Shown: in pieces, positions 1 through 9,856 of the stretch
Position numbering within the stretch: the stretch's first letter is position 1
How the letters are laid out: every line of letters starts with the position of its first letter
Source of the DNA: Candidatus Latescibacterota bacterium
Lineage (GTDB): Bacteria; Krumholzibacteriota; Krumholzibacteriia; WVZY01; JAKEHA01
Direction of reading: 5' to 3'
Length of the DNA stretch: 64,000 bases
Assembly (NCBI GenBank): GCA_963736125.1
Contig: CAVTNQ010000002.1
Coordinates: 292,989-356,988, forward strand
The notes under the pieces: model-generated
Databases searched by the model: none
What the model was told of the DNA's origin: nothing
What the model saw: only the letters and a program-made list of their open reading frames with translations
Position numbers and translations under genes: made by a program

Positions 1-2
1 GC

Positions 3-1319
3 ATGGCTAAGATCGGCATGATCGGTACGGGTTACGTGGGATTGGTCAGCGGGGCGTGTCTGGCCGACTTCGGCCACGACGTGACGTGCGTCGACATCGA
101 CAAGGCGCGCATCGAGGCGCTCAAGCGCGGCGAGATTCCCATCTACGAGCCCGGCTTGAAGGACGTGGTGGCGAAGAACGTCGAAGGCGAGCGGTTGCAT
201 TTCACTACCGATCTCGCTCCGGTGGTGCGCGAGGCCGAAGTGGTGTTCATTGCGGTCGGCACACCGCCGCAGGAAGACGGCGGCAGCGACCTGCGCTACG
301 TGTTCGAAGCCGCGCGCGAGATCGCGAAGCACCTGCACGGCTACACCGTGGTCGTGCAAAAAAGCACGGCACCGGTGGGCACCGCGCGCGAAGTCGGTCG
401 CATACTCGCCCAAGAAAAACCAGCCGACGCCGAAGTCGACGTCGTCGCCAACCCGGAGTTCTTGCGCGAAGGGTCCGCGGTGGGCGACTTCATGCGCCCC
501 GACCGCGTCGTGGTGGGTGCGGAGAGCGAGCGCTCGCGCCAGCTCATGAAGCAAGTCTACCGTCCGCTGTATCTGCTCGAAACACCCCTCGTGTGGACGT
601 CGTTCGAATCGGCCGAAATGATCAAGTACGCGTCGAACGCATTCCTCGCCACCAAGATTTCGTTTATCAACGAAGTGGCGCGCATCTGCGAACTGGTGGG
701 TGCCGACGTCGACGAGGTGGCGCGCGGGATGGGTCACGACGGCCGCATCGGCAAGAAGTTCCTCCACGCCGGCATCGGCTACGGCGGTTCGTGTCTCCCC
801 AAGGACGTCGCATCGCTCATTCACGTAGCACGCGAGCGCGACTACGACGCGCCGCTGGTCTCCGCCGCGCACGCCGTGAATCGTGACCTCCCCATACGTG
901 CGATCGAGAAGCTCGCGCGCGCGACGGGCGGGTTGAGCGGGAAGTCGATCGCGCTCCTCGGCCTCGCCTTCAAACCCAACACCGACGACCTGCGCGAGGG
1001 ACCCGCGCTGCGCTTGGTGCACGAATTGTTGAAAGCGGGCGCGCGCGTCAAGGTCTTCGACCCCGTCGCGATGGACAACTTCCGCAAGCAGGTGAAAGCA
1101 CCGGTCGAGTACGGCAAGAACGCGTACGAAACCGCCACCGGCGCCGACGCGCTGGTACTCGTCACCGAGTGGAACGAGTTCCGCGAGCTCGACTTCGAGC
1201 GTTTGAAGTCGCTGATGCGCGGGCACGTGTTCCTCGACTGCCGCAACGTGTATTCGCCCGCGCGCGTCGAAGCGGAAGGATTCGTGTACGAGTCGTTCGG
1301 GAGAGGCAAGGCGCGATGA
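3..1319 (+). CDS. ugd: UDP-glucose 6-dehydrogenase family (UDP-glucose/GDP-mannose dehydrogenase)
   Basis: N-terminal GTGYVGL Rossmann motif; the EIPIYEPGL motif and overall similarity to Ugd; 438 aa; ATG at position 3. Confidence 0.8.
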   Translation: MAKIGMIGTGYVGLVSGACLADFGHDVTCVDIDKARIEALKRGEIPIYEPGLKDVVAKNVEGERLHFTTDLAPVVREAEVVFIAVGTPPQEDGGSDLRYVFEAAREIAKHLHGYTVVVQKSTAPVGTAREVGRILAQEKPADAEVDVVANPEFLREGSAVGDFMRPDRVVVGAESERSRQLMKQVYRPLYLLETPLVWTSFESAEMIKYASNAFLATKISFINEVARICELVGADVDEVARGMGHDGRIGKKFLHAGIGYGGSCLPKDVASLIHVARERDYDAPLVSAAHAVNRDLPIRAIEKLARATGGLSGKSIALLGLAFKPNTDDLREGPALRLVHELLKAGARVKVFDPVAMDNFRKQVKAPVEYGKNAYETATGADALVLVTEWNEFRELDFERLKSLMRGHVFLDCRNVYSPARVEAEGFVYESFGRGKAR

Positions 1320-2338
1320 AGTCGCTTCTCATCACCGGTGGCGCGGGCTTCATCGGGTCGAACTTCGTCCGCATGATGGCGAACGAGAATCCCAAGGCCA
1401 CCATCACGGTGCTCGACGCGCTCACCTACGCGGGGAATCTCGAGAATATCGCGGACTTGGTGGACGCGGGGCGCGTGCGCTTCATCAAGGGCGACATCCG
1501 CGACGCGGCCGCGGTGCGCGTGGCCATGGAAGGTGCCGAGGTGGTGTTCAACTTCGCCGCCGAGACCCACGTCGACCGTTCGATCGAAGAGGCGGCGAGC
1601 TTCATCGAGACCGACATCCAGGGCACGTACAACCTCTTGAACTTCGCGCGCGAGTTCAAGGTCAAGCGCTACGTGCAGATTTCGACCGACGAAGTCTACG
1701 GCTCGAGCGACGGCACCGACTTCGACGAAACGTCGCCGCTCAAGCCCGGCAATCCCTATTCGGCCAGCAAGTGCGGCGGCGACCTCATGTGCCTCGCGTT
1801 CGCCAACACCTACAAACTTCCGCTCGTGATCACGCGCAGCTCGAACAACTTCGGGCCCTACCAGCACGTCGAGAAGTTCATCCCGCTCTTCATCACCAAC
1901 GCGATGGAAGGGAAAGACCTCCCGCTCTACGGCGACGGGATGCACCAGCGCGACTGGATTTTCGTCGAAGACAACTGCCGCGGCATCGCGATGGTGGCGG
2001 AGAAGGGCAACGACGGCGAGGTCTACAACATCGCGGTGGGGAATTCGCAGCCCAACCTGCGCGTGGCCGAGTTGATCTTGAAGCACGTGGGCACGACAAA
2101 ATCGCGCATCGTGTTCATCGAGGACCGCAAGGGCCACGACCGCATGTACAAGCTGGCGGCCGAAAAAGTGCGCACGCTGGGCTGGTCGCCGCGCACGGAT
2201 TTTGCTGACGCCATGGAGAAAACCGTGCGATGGTACGTCGATCACCCGGGCTGGTGGGAGCGCGTCAAGTCGGGCGCCTTCCGCGACTACTACGAGAAGC
2301 ACTATAAGGACAAGCTGGCGCGAGGAAAGACGAAGTGA
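1316..2338 (+). CDS. rfbB: dTDP-glucose 4,6-dehydratase (RmlB-like short-chain dehydratase)
   Basis: MKSLLITGGAGFIGSNFV N-terminus; YAGNLENI and ETHVDRSI motifs typical of RfbB; its ATG overlaps the ugd stop as ATGA; the six-frame ORF 1169..2338 has a spurious N-terminal extension. Confidence 0.8.
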   Translation: MKSLLITGGAGFIGSNFVRMMANENPKATITVLDALTYAGNLENIADLVDAGRVRFIKGDIRDAAAVRVAMEGAEVVFNFAAETHVDRSIEEAASFIETDIQGTYNLLNFAREFKVKRYVQISTDEVYGSSDGTDFDETSPLKPGNPYSASKCGGDLMCLAFANTYKLPLVITRSSNNFGPYQHVEKFIPLFITNAMEGKDLPLYGDGMHQRDWIFVEDNCRGIAMVAEKGNDGEVYNIAVGNSQPNLRVAELILKHVGTTKSRIVFIEDRKGHDRMYKLAAEKVRTLGWSPRTDFADAMEKTVRWYVDHPGWWERVKSGAFRDYYEKHYKDKLARGKTK

Positions 2339-3450
2339 CGGCGGCACGAACCCCTCGCATCCTTCTCGTCGCCGCGGCGCGGCCCAACTTCATGAAGGTG
2401 GCACCCGTTTGGCGCGCACTCGACGCCACGAAGAAATTCCACATTACACTCGTCCACACCGGCCAGCACTACGACGACAACATGTCGAAGGTCTTCTTCG
2501 ACGACCTGCGCCTCCCGCGCCCCGACGTCCACATGGGGGTGGGCTCGGGCTCGCACGCCGAACAAACCGCCAAGGTCATGCTCGCCTTCGAGCCCGTGAT
2601 GAAGGACGCCGACCCCGACCTGGTGGTGGTGGTGGGCGACGTCAACTCGACCATGGCGTGCACGCTGGTGTCGATCAAGCTCGACGTCCCGGTGGCGCAC
2701 GTCGAAGCGGGACTGCGCAGCTTCGACCGCAAGATGCCGGAAGAGATCAATCGCATGGTCACCGACATCTTGTGCGACCTGCTCTTCACGACCTCGCCCG
2801 AAGCCAACGACAACCTCATGCGCGAGGGGGTAGACGAGCGGAAGATCCATTTCGTGGGCAATGTGATGATCGACAGCCTGCGTTTCTACGCGGCCGACGC
2901 CGAAAAGTCGACGATCTTGGAGAACCTCGGGCTCCAAAAGAAGAGCTACGGCCTGGTGACCCTGCACCGGCCCTCGAACGTCGACGACGCCTTCCAACTG
3001 GTGCGCCTGGTGAAGGTCCTGACCGAGATCGGCGCCGAATGTCCCCTCATTTTCCCGGTCCATCCGCGCACGCGGCACGTCATGGAGCGGGCCGGAATCG
3101 AGGTTCAGGGCGACCGTATGCGGCTTGTCGACCCTATCGGGTACCTGGACTTCATGCATTTAATGACGTATAGTCAAGTGGTCCTCACCGATTCTGGAGG
3201 TATCCAGGAAGAAACGACTGCTCTCGGAATCCCCTGTCTGACGATCCGCGACAACACGGAACGTCCCGTTACCGTCACTGAAGGAACCAATCGCCTGGTC
3301 GGAACCGATCCGGCGAAGATCGCCGCCGAAGCGCGCGACGTGCTTCGACACGGCGTCCAGAATGCCAAGGTTCCCGAGTTGTGGGACGGTCACGCGGCGC
3401 CGCGGATCGCACAGGTGATCACCCGGTTTATCGAAGAGCAGTCTCAATGA
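2335..3450 (+). CDS. wecB: UDP-N-acetylglucosamine 2-epimerase (non-hydrolysing)
   Basis: HTGQHYD motif and the DSGGIQEE motif of the WecB/MnaA family; GTG start overlaps the rfbB stop. Confidence 0.85.
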   Translation: MTAARTPRILLVAAARPNFMKVAPVWRALDATKKFHITLVHTGQHYDDNMSKVFFDDLRLPRPDVHMGVGSGSHAEQTAKVMLAFEPVMKDADPDLVVVVGDVNSTMACTLVSIKLDVPVAHVEAGLRSFDRKMPEEINRMVTDILCDLLFTTSPEANDNLMREGVDERKIHFVGNVMIDSLRFYAADAEKSTILENLGLQKKSYGLVTLHRPSNVDDAFQLVRLVKVLTEIGAECPLIFPVHPRTRHVMERAGIEVQGDRMRLVDPIGYLDFMHLMTYSQVVLTDSGGIQEETTALGIPCLTIRDNTERPVTVTEGTNRLVGTDPAKIAAEARDVLRHGVQNAKVPELWDGHAAPRIAQVITRFIEEQSQ

Positions 3451-4961
3451 GTAGCCGCAACGATTGGTCATTTCAGCATACCCCGGTGGGCAAGAGCTTC
3501 GTGTGGAGCCTGGCCCTCTCCCTCCTCCCCGTTGTCGCCGCCTTCGCGGTTTCCTGGATCACCGCCCGCTTTTCCGGTCCCACCGTTTGGGGTGCGGTTT
3601 CGTGGGCGATGGCCTTCGCGACCCAGGTCCTCATCGTCGCGAAACTCGGCCTCGACCTGGGCGCGTCGCGCTTGGCGAGTGAATACGGCGTCGACAAGCC
3701 GGGTTCGCTGCGGACACTCGTCACCGTCGGAGCGAACCTCCGGCTCTGGTTCACGCTGCCGACGTCTATTGCCACGTATTTGCTGGCTCCGCAGATCGCG
3801 CATTGGTTCCACGAAGAGAGCATGGTGTGGCTGGTGCGCGTGTCGGCGGGCATCGTCTTTTGCGCCAGCGTCTACGAATTCCAGGAACAGTTCCTGATCG
3901 GCCTGAACCGCCACGCGACGGTGTCGCGCGTGCGCACTCTCATGCTTTCTTCGCGCGTGATCTTCACGGCGATCTTCGTCGCCATGGGGCTGGGCGCTGC
4001 CTGGCTCCTCTTGGGATACGTCGCCGCCTGGTTGATCGGCATGGCGGCGTTCTGGTTTCTCCTGCGCCGCTATCTGCCCGCGCACGCGCCCGAAGAGGGG
4101 GACCACGCCGCGATGCGCAAGCGCTTGCTCATGATGAGCATCCCGCTCGCGATCAGTAGTGCCTCGGTGACGATCTACATGCAGATGGACAAGCTGGTGC
4201 TGGGCTACTTCGACAATTTGCAGGAAGTCGGCCAGTACTCGCTGGCGCGTTCGGTGATGGAGGTCTCGCTGTTTCCCGCCTTCGCGCTGGTGACCACACT
4301 CCGCCCCGCGCTGGCGTCGCGCTTCACGCGCGGCGATCGTGCGTCGTGCGCGCGCTTGATCAAGGGTTCGCTGCGTCTCTCGCTGGTGGCGGGTGTGCTG
4401 TTCGGGTCGGTCTTCGTCGCCATGGCGGTACCGCTGTTGTCGCTCGTGTACTCCGACCAGTACCGGTATGCGGGCCAGCTGATGGTGTGGTTCGCCTGGG
4501 TCGTCATCATTCGCAGCCTGGGTGCGATGGTGCTGCCCGCGCTGCTCGCGGCCGACAAGATTCGGACCTATGCGTGGCTCACGGCGGGGGCCGCGGTGCT
4601 CAATTTCGGGCTGAACTTGGTGTTGATCCCGCGCATGCATTCGCGCGGGGCCATCGTGGCGACGATCATCTCGTACGGGTTGCTGTTGGCGTTCGGGTTG
4701 CGCGAGGTTTTCGAGACATTCGGGGTTCGTGTGAGCCCTCGTGCGGTCGGGGCGGGAATTCGCACGCTTCTTGCAGGCAGTCTGGTGGCCGCGGCGCTGT
4801 GGCTCGTCGTCCGCCGGATCGGAGCACCGTCGGCGGTGTGGACGGTGGCGCTGTCGGCGGCCCACGTCCTCCTGTACGGACTCCTCTTGTGGGCGTTCCG
4901 GATCATGCGCCCCGCCGAGGTTCGCCCCTTGATTGGAAGCTTGTTGACGTTAAAGGGATAG
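3447..4961 (+). CDS. Polysaccharide biosynthesis/export protein, Wzx-like flippase (MOP superfamily), multi-pass membrane
   Basis: About 12 predicted TM helices; ATG overlaps the wecB stop (ATGA); lies inside a sugar-nucleotide locus; the six-frame ORF begins upstream at 3381, but the internal ATG at 3447 gives the 4-nt coupling. Confidence 0.6.
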   Translation: MSSRNDWSFQHTPVGKSFVWSLALSLLPVVAAFAVSWITARFSGPTVWGAVSWAMAFATQVLIVAKLGLDLGASRLASEYGVDKPGSLRTLVTVGANLRLWFTLPTSIATYLLAPQIAHWFHEESMVWLVRVSAGIVFCASVYEFQEQFLIGLNRHATVSRVRTLMLSSRVIFTAIFVAMGLGAAWLLLGYVAAWLIGMAAFWFLLRRYLPAHAPEEGDHAAMRKRLLMMSIPLAISSASVTIYMQMDKLVLGYFDNLQEVGQYSLARSVMEVSLFPAFALVTTLRPALASRFTRGDRASCARLIKGSLRLSLVAGVLFGSVFVAMAVPLLSLVYSDQYRYAGQLMVWFAWVVIIRSLGAMVLPALLAADKIRTYAWLTAGAAVLNFGLNLVLIPRMHSRGAIVATIISYGLLLAFGLREVFETFGVRVSPRAVGAGIRTLLAGSLVAAALWLVVRRIGAPSAVWTVALSAAHVLLYGLLLWAFRIMRPAEVRPLIGSLLTLKG

Positions 4962-5066
4962 CGGGAAACGAATCGACATTGACACGTTTGCAGGACGCGA
5001 CCTACCCTCGAAACGATTTTGGGGAGATGATCACCTGCAACCGGGTTCGCAGCAGGAGGCAGTCCG

Positions 5067-6209
5067 TTGTTTGGAAGCTCCACTTGGCTCGGTGACATGA
5101 CGATATTTTTTACGGCGCTCGCGGTGAGCGTCGTTGCCACCCCCCTGATCCGTAGGTTCGCCGTTCGCTGGCGTCTGGGCGACAAGCCCAACGGCCGCAA
5201 GATCCACCCCGACGTCATCCCGCACCTGGGCGGTATCGCGCTCTTGCTCGGTGTCGTGGCCGGGGTCGCGATCGCGTCGGGCGCTCACCCCAACGTCATC
5301 TTGAGAGCGCTGCCCGCGACGGCACTGGTCGTCGCACTCGGGCTCATCGACGACACGCGCAACTTGGCCGCGCGGCCGAAGCTGGTCGTGCAAATCGTCG
5401 CGGCCGTGGTCATGGTGGCGGTCGGCTTCCGCCTCTTCACCGGCATCGATGCGCTCGATTCGTTCTCGATCGGCGCGGGGCTGGTGTCCTTGTTCTTCAT
5501 CATCGGCATGCTGAGCTCGGTCAATCTGATCGACGGCCATGACGGTCTCGCGGCCGGGGTGGCGTTCATCGCCTCGGCGGCCTTCGCGATCATCGGCTAC
5601 ATGGACGGTGCCGCCGGTGTGTTGGCGGGTTCGCTCGCCATCTGCGGCGCCTGCCTCGGCTTTCTTCTGTTCAATTTCCCGCCCGCGAAGATCTACATGG
5701 GCGATACCGGCAGCATGCTGCTCGGTTGGACGCTGGCCCAGGTCGCGTGCCTGATCACGATGCGCAAGGCGGACCTGAACACCTTCGCGGCCGTGCTTCT
5801 CGTGTTGGGCGTCCCCATTCTCGACACCGTCCTCGCCGTGGCGCGTCGCGTGGCCTTGCGCGCACCGCTCTTCGCGGCCGACCATCTCCACATTCATCAC
5901 GTGCTGCGCGACTCCGGGCTGTCGCCGCGGAAGACTCTGCTCGTGCTGTACGGCCTCCAGGTCGTGCTGGCGGGACTCGGTGTCGCCGCGATGACCGGGC
6001 GCGCGTGGCCGGTGGTCGTCGGGTTGGGTGTCGTGGCGGTGGCGTTCGTCGCCTTCTTGCGCGCGATGGTGGAGACGCGCGCGTCGCGTGTCATCGTCGA
6101 CGACGGAGCCGTTCCGCAGGTCGCGCGCACGGTCGCGTCCGCCCACGCGTTCCAGTCGTCGAACTTCACGACGAGTCTTTCGGAACATCGCTCGTCGGTC
6201 GGTCGCTGA
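5067..6209 (+). CDS. Glycosyltransferase family 4, WecA/MraY-like polyprenyl-phosphate N-acetylhexosamine-1-phosphate transferase
   Basis: Multi-TM protein with RKIHP, IDDxxxL, DGxDGLA(G/A)G and MGDTGS motifs typical of MraY/WecA; the start may instead be the ATG at 5097. Confidence 0.7.
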   Translation: MFGSSTWLGDMTIFFTALAVSVVATPLIRRFAVRWRLGDKPNGRKIHPDVIPHLGGIALLLGVVAGVAIASGAHPNVILRALPATALVVALGLIDDTRNLAARPKLVVQIVAAVVMVAVGFRLFTGIDALDSFSIGAGLVSLFFIIGMLSSVNLIDGHDGLAAGVAFIASAAFAIIGYMDGAAGVLAGSLAICGACLGFLLFNFPPAKIYMGDTGSMLLGWTLAQVACLITMRKADLNTFAAVLLVLGVPILDTVLAVARRVALRAPLFAADHLHIHHVLRDSGLSPRKTLLVLYGLQVVLAGLGVAAMTGRAWPVVVGLGVVAVAFVAFLRAMVETRASRVIVDDGAVPQVARTVASAHAFQSSNFTTSLSEHRSSVGR

Positions 6210-6306
6210 CCCCGCTCCGTTGACCTCCCCATAGCGCTGTGCTATCGTTCGGCCCACTTGCCGACGGGCGCGCAGTGCACCCTCTTCCCCTGCGGACGGA
6301 AACCGT

Positions 6307-7230
6307 TTGACGACGAAAACGACGTGTCGGATCGCGAGTGATGTCGACCTTCTTTCGCGCGTGCAGCTCGAAGAAGTCGTCAAGTCCCTCGACGCGTACG
6401 GTTCCAAGCACGCGATCGACTTCGTGACCCAGGAAGAGCCGGAGTCGCTGAAGCTCCTGCGCGCCGCACCCAGTTCGCCCGAGCGCATGGCGGTCCTGAT
6501 GAGCGTCCTGCTCGACGGCGAGTGCGACGTCCTCGTCCTGGACGCGGCGGCCCTCCCGACCAAGATGCCGGCCGGCCTCACCATCGGGGCCTTGACCCGC
6601 CGCATCACGCCCTACGACGCGCTCATCTCCAACGACGATTGCATCCTCGACGAGCTGCGCGAGAACGCGACCCTCGTGACCAACTCTATGCGCCGCGAGG
6701 CGCAGCTGCGCTACTACCGCCCCGATCTCAAGATCGTGCACATGCAGGGAAGCATCGACGCCGTGCTGCAAAAAGTGAAAAGCGCCAAGGTCGACTGTGC
6801 GGTGGTCGCGGCCGCCGACGTGGAACGACTGAACAAGCAGGAATTCGTCGCGGAACTCTTGACCAACTCGGTGTGCGTGCCGGCCGCGGGGCAGGGCGCA
6901 CTCGCGGTGCTGATTCGTTCCTCGGAAGAGCAGTTCAAGGACACCGTCCAGTCGATCAACGACCCCGCGACGCACGGCATGCTGCGCGCCGAGTGGTCAT
7001 TTTTGGAGTACCTCGAAGTCGACCCCGCCGCACCCGTGGCGGTCCTGGCCAGCATCGAAGGCAAGGCGCTCGAGCTGGAAGGGATGGTCGCGTACCCCGA
7101 CGGCAGCGAGAAGATCCAGTGCATGGTCAAGGGCACCATCGGTAACGAAGAAGACCTCGGTCGCACGCTCGCCGTCGAGATCCTCGAATCGGGCGGGCGC
7201 GAAGTGATCGACGAGTTCCGCCTCTCGTAA
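6307..7230 (+). CDS. hemC: Hydroxymethylbilane synthase (porphobilinogen deaminase), divergent N-terminal half
   Basis: Central and C-terminal similarity to HemC (LVTNSMRREAQL, PDLKIVHMQGSIDAVLQKV, VPAAGQGALAV, C-terminal EILESGG); the N-terminal catalytic motifs are poorly conserved, so the start is uncertain. Confidence 0.55.
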   Translation: MTTKTTCRIASDVDLLSRVQLEEVVKSLDAYGSKHAIDFVTQEEPESLKLLRAAPSSPERMAVLMSVLLDGECDVLVLDAAALPTKMPAGLTIGALTRRITPYDALISNDDCILDELRENATLVTNSMRREAQLRYYRPDLKIVHMQGSIDAVLQKVKSAKVDCAVVAAADVERLNKQEFVAELLTNSVCVPAAGQGALAVLIRSSEEQFKDTVQSINDPATHGMLRAEWSFLEYLEVDPAAPVAVLASIEGKALELEGMVAYPDGSEKIQCMVKGTIGNEEDLGRTLAVEILESGGREVIDEFRLS

Positions 7231-7235
7231 TCCAA

Positions 7236-8504
7236 GTGATAGACCGCCGCCTCATTCGCGAAGATCCCGAGCGCGTTCGTACTGGGTTGTCCCGCCGTCG
7301 CGCGACGGTCGATGTCGAGCACCTCCTTTCGATTGACCGCGAGCACCTCGCCAACATGCAACTCGCGGAGAAGCTCAAACACGAGCGCAATGTCTCGTCG
7401 GAAGAAATCGGCAAGCGCAAGTCCAAGGGCGAAGACATCGCACCTTTGCACGCGGCCATGAAGGAGACGTCGACCAAGATCAAGGAGCTGGAAGGGCGCA
7501 ACAAAGAGATCGAAGAGACGCTCGACAAGCTGCTTCTCATGGTCCCGAATCTCCCGCACGCGAGTGTGCCCGACGGCGCCGACTCGGCCGCGAACGTGGT
7601 CGTGCGCACCGTCGGTGTGGAGAAGAAGCCCTTCGACGACGTGCTGCCGCATTGGGAGATCGGCGAGAAGCTCGGCATCTTGGACTTGGAAGCCGGCCGC
7701 ATGGTGAGCGGGCGCGGCTTCATCGTGTTTCGCGGCGACGGGGCGCTGTTGTGTCGCGCACTGATCAACCTCATGCTCGACATGCACGCTGAACAAGGGT
7801 ACGACGAAGTGCGGGTTCCGTACCTCGTGACGCGCGCGTCGATGACCGGCACGGGGCAACTTCCCAAGTTCGAAGAGGACATGTACCACTGCACCGCCGA
7901 CGACCTGTTCCTGATCCCGACTTCCGAAGTCCCGGTGACCAACATCCATCGCGAGTCAGTCCTTGAAAAGAGCCAGCTGCCCATCAAATACACCGCGTAC
8001 AGCCCGTGCTTCCGTCGCGAAGCGGGGAGCCACGGCGCCGACACGCGCGGCCTCCTGCGCGTGCACCAGTTCGACAAGGTCGAGATCGTGAAGTTCGTCC
8101 ACCCCGATTCGTCGTACGACGAATTGGAGACCTTGACCACCGACGCCACTGCGGTCTTGGAAGCACTCGAGCTACCGTATCGCGTGGTGGCATTGTGCGC
8201 GGGCGACTTGGGCTTCGCGAGTGCCAAGACTTACGACCTCGAGACGTTTGCGCCCGGTGTGGACAAGTGGCTCGAAGTTTCGTCGTGCAGCAACTTCGAA
8301 GACTTCCAGGCGCGGCGCGCCGAAATAAGATTGAAAAAGACCGAAGGGGAGAAGCACAAGTTCGTGCACACGCTGAACGGTTCCGGCTTGGCGCTGCCGC
8401 GCGTGGTGGCGTCGATCCTCGAAGTGCACCAAACCCCGACCGGCCGCGTTCGCATTCCCGCGCGACTGCGGCCGTACATGCGCGGCAAGGAGTTCTTGGG
8501 CTGA
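7236..8504 (+). CDS. serS: Seryl-tRNA synthetase
   Basis: MIDRRLIREDPERV N-terminus with a coiled-coil arm; class II aaRS core (YTAYSPCFRREAGSHG, FDKVE); 422 aa. Confidence 0.85.
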   Translation: MIDRRLIREDPERVRTGLSRRRATVDVEHLLSIDREHLANMQLAEKLKHERNVSSEEIGKRKSKGEDIAPLHAAMKETSTKIKELEGRNKEIEETLDKLLLMVPNLPHASVPDGADSAANVVVRTVGVEKKPFDDVLPHWEIGEKLGILDLEAGRMVSGRGFIVFRGDGALLCRALINLMLDMHAEQGYDEVRVPYLVTRASMTGTGQLPKFEEDMYHCTADDLFLIPTSEVPVTNIHRESVLEKSQLPIKYTAYSPCFRREAGSHGADTRGLLRVHQFDKVEIVKFVHPDSSYDELETLTTDATAVLEALELPYRVVALCAGDLGFASAKTYDLETFAPGVDKWLEVSSCSNFEDFQARRAEIRLKKTEGEKHKFVHTLNGSGLALPRVVASILEVHQTPTGRVRIPARLRPYMRGKEFLG

Positions 8505-8507
8505 CGA

Positions 8508-9762
8508 ATGGCGTCGGCGCCCGGCGGCAGCATTCGATTCTGGCTGAAGGGATACCTGTTCCTCGGCGTGGCCGTGCTCATCCTGGCCATGCTGATCTAC
8601 TCCAATCATCTCATCGAACGCATGCGCGAGAACTCCGAGGCGACCAGCCGCCTGTTCTCGCGCTACATGGAAAACGTCATCTTCGAGGTGACCGACGACG
8701 GCCGCCTGGCCAACCTGCGCACCGTCATTCGCGAGACCGACCTCCCCATCATCATCACCGTGCTCGACGGCGTACCCATTCTGTGGAACCACGTGCCGGT
8801 CGAAGAACGCACGGCGGAAGACTTCAGCCTGATCGAGTCGATCGACGCTCGACGTGGACATCCGCCCAACGAGAAGTTTCGCAAGCTGGTCGACCTGTAT
8901 CGTGAGTTCGACAAGAAGAACGCGCCCATTCCCATTCGCGTGGTCGGTGCCAGCGAACCCTCGGGTTGGGTGCACTACGGACCGTCGCCGCTGCAACGCG
9001 AGTTGCGCTACATGCCGTTCGTGCTGCTCGGCATATTCTTGATCTTCATGGCCGTCGCGATTCAAGGGCTTCGTTATCTCAAGTTGAGCGAGCAACGGTC
9101 CATCTGGGTCGGGCTCGCGAAAGAGACCGCGCATCAACTCGGCACACCACTCTCCGCGATGCTCGGTTGGGTGCAGGTCATCAAAGACAAAGCTGCCGAC
9201 AAGGGTTACGACGACATCCGCGGATCTATCGAAGAGATGGAAGTCGACCTCGGACGTTTGAACAAAGTCACCGATCGTTTCAGCAAAATTGGTTCGACGC
9301 CGGACTTGGTCGAAGTCGACTTGAGGCGCGTGCTCGAGAACACCGTCGCGTATTTCCAGAAACGACTCCCCAGCCTCAAATCCAAGTCGGCCATCTCGCT
9401 CGTGGTGGGCGACATCGCGCGCGTGCGCGGCAACGAAGAGCTGCTCGAGTGGGTGTTCGAGAACTTGATCAAGAACGCCATTGACGCGCTCGGCGAAGCC
9501 GGCGGCCAAATCGAGATTCGCGCCGCCAATGACGCTGGCAGCAAGTTCGTCGACGTCACCGTACACGACACCGGCCGCGGCATTCCCGGGCGCACTGCGC
9601 GACGACGTGTTCCGCCCCGGCTTCACCACCAAACGCCGCGGCTGGGGCCTGGGCCTCGCCCTCGCGCGCCGCATCGTCGAGGAATACCACGGCGGCTCCA
9701 TCAAACTCGTCGAATCACGCCCCGGCAAGACGACGTTCTTGGTGAGACTGCCGGCTGCCTAG
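8508..9762 (+). CDS. Sensor histidine kinase, PorY-like, with a +1 frameshift near 9585-9595 (C/G homopolymer)
   Basis: Two TM helices flank a periplasmic domain; HisKA H-box ETAHQLGTPLSAMLGW; HATPase N-box NLIKNAIDA and G1 HDTGRGIPG in frame 0; the G2 end of the ATPase (GFTTKRRGWGLGLALARRIVEEYHGG) continues in the next frame (ORF 9481..9762). Confidence 0.75.
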
Positions 9763-9856
9763 CGCGCAGCCCTCCCGCCTTGATGCCCGCGTCCGCGGGC
9801 CTTATACTCCCAGCACACCATGACTGCAGTCTCATTCCCGCATTCTTTCTAGTTCT

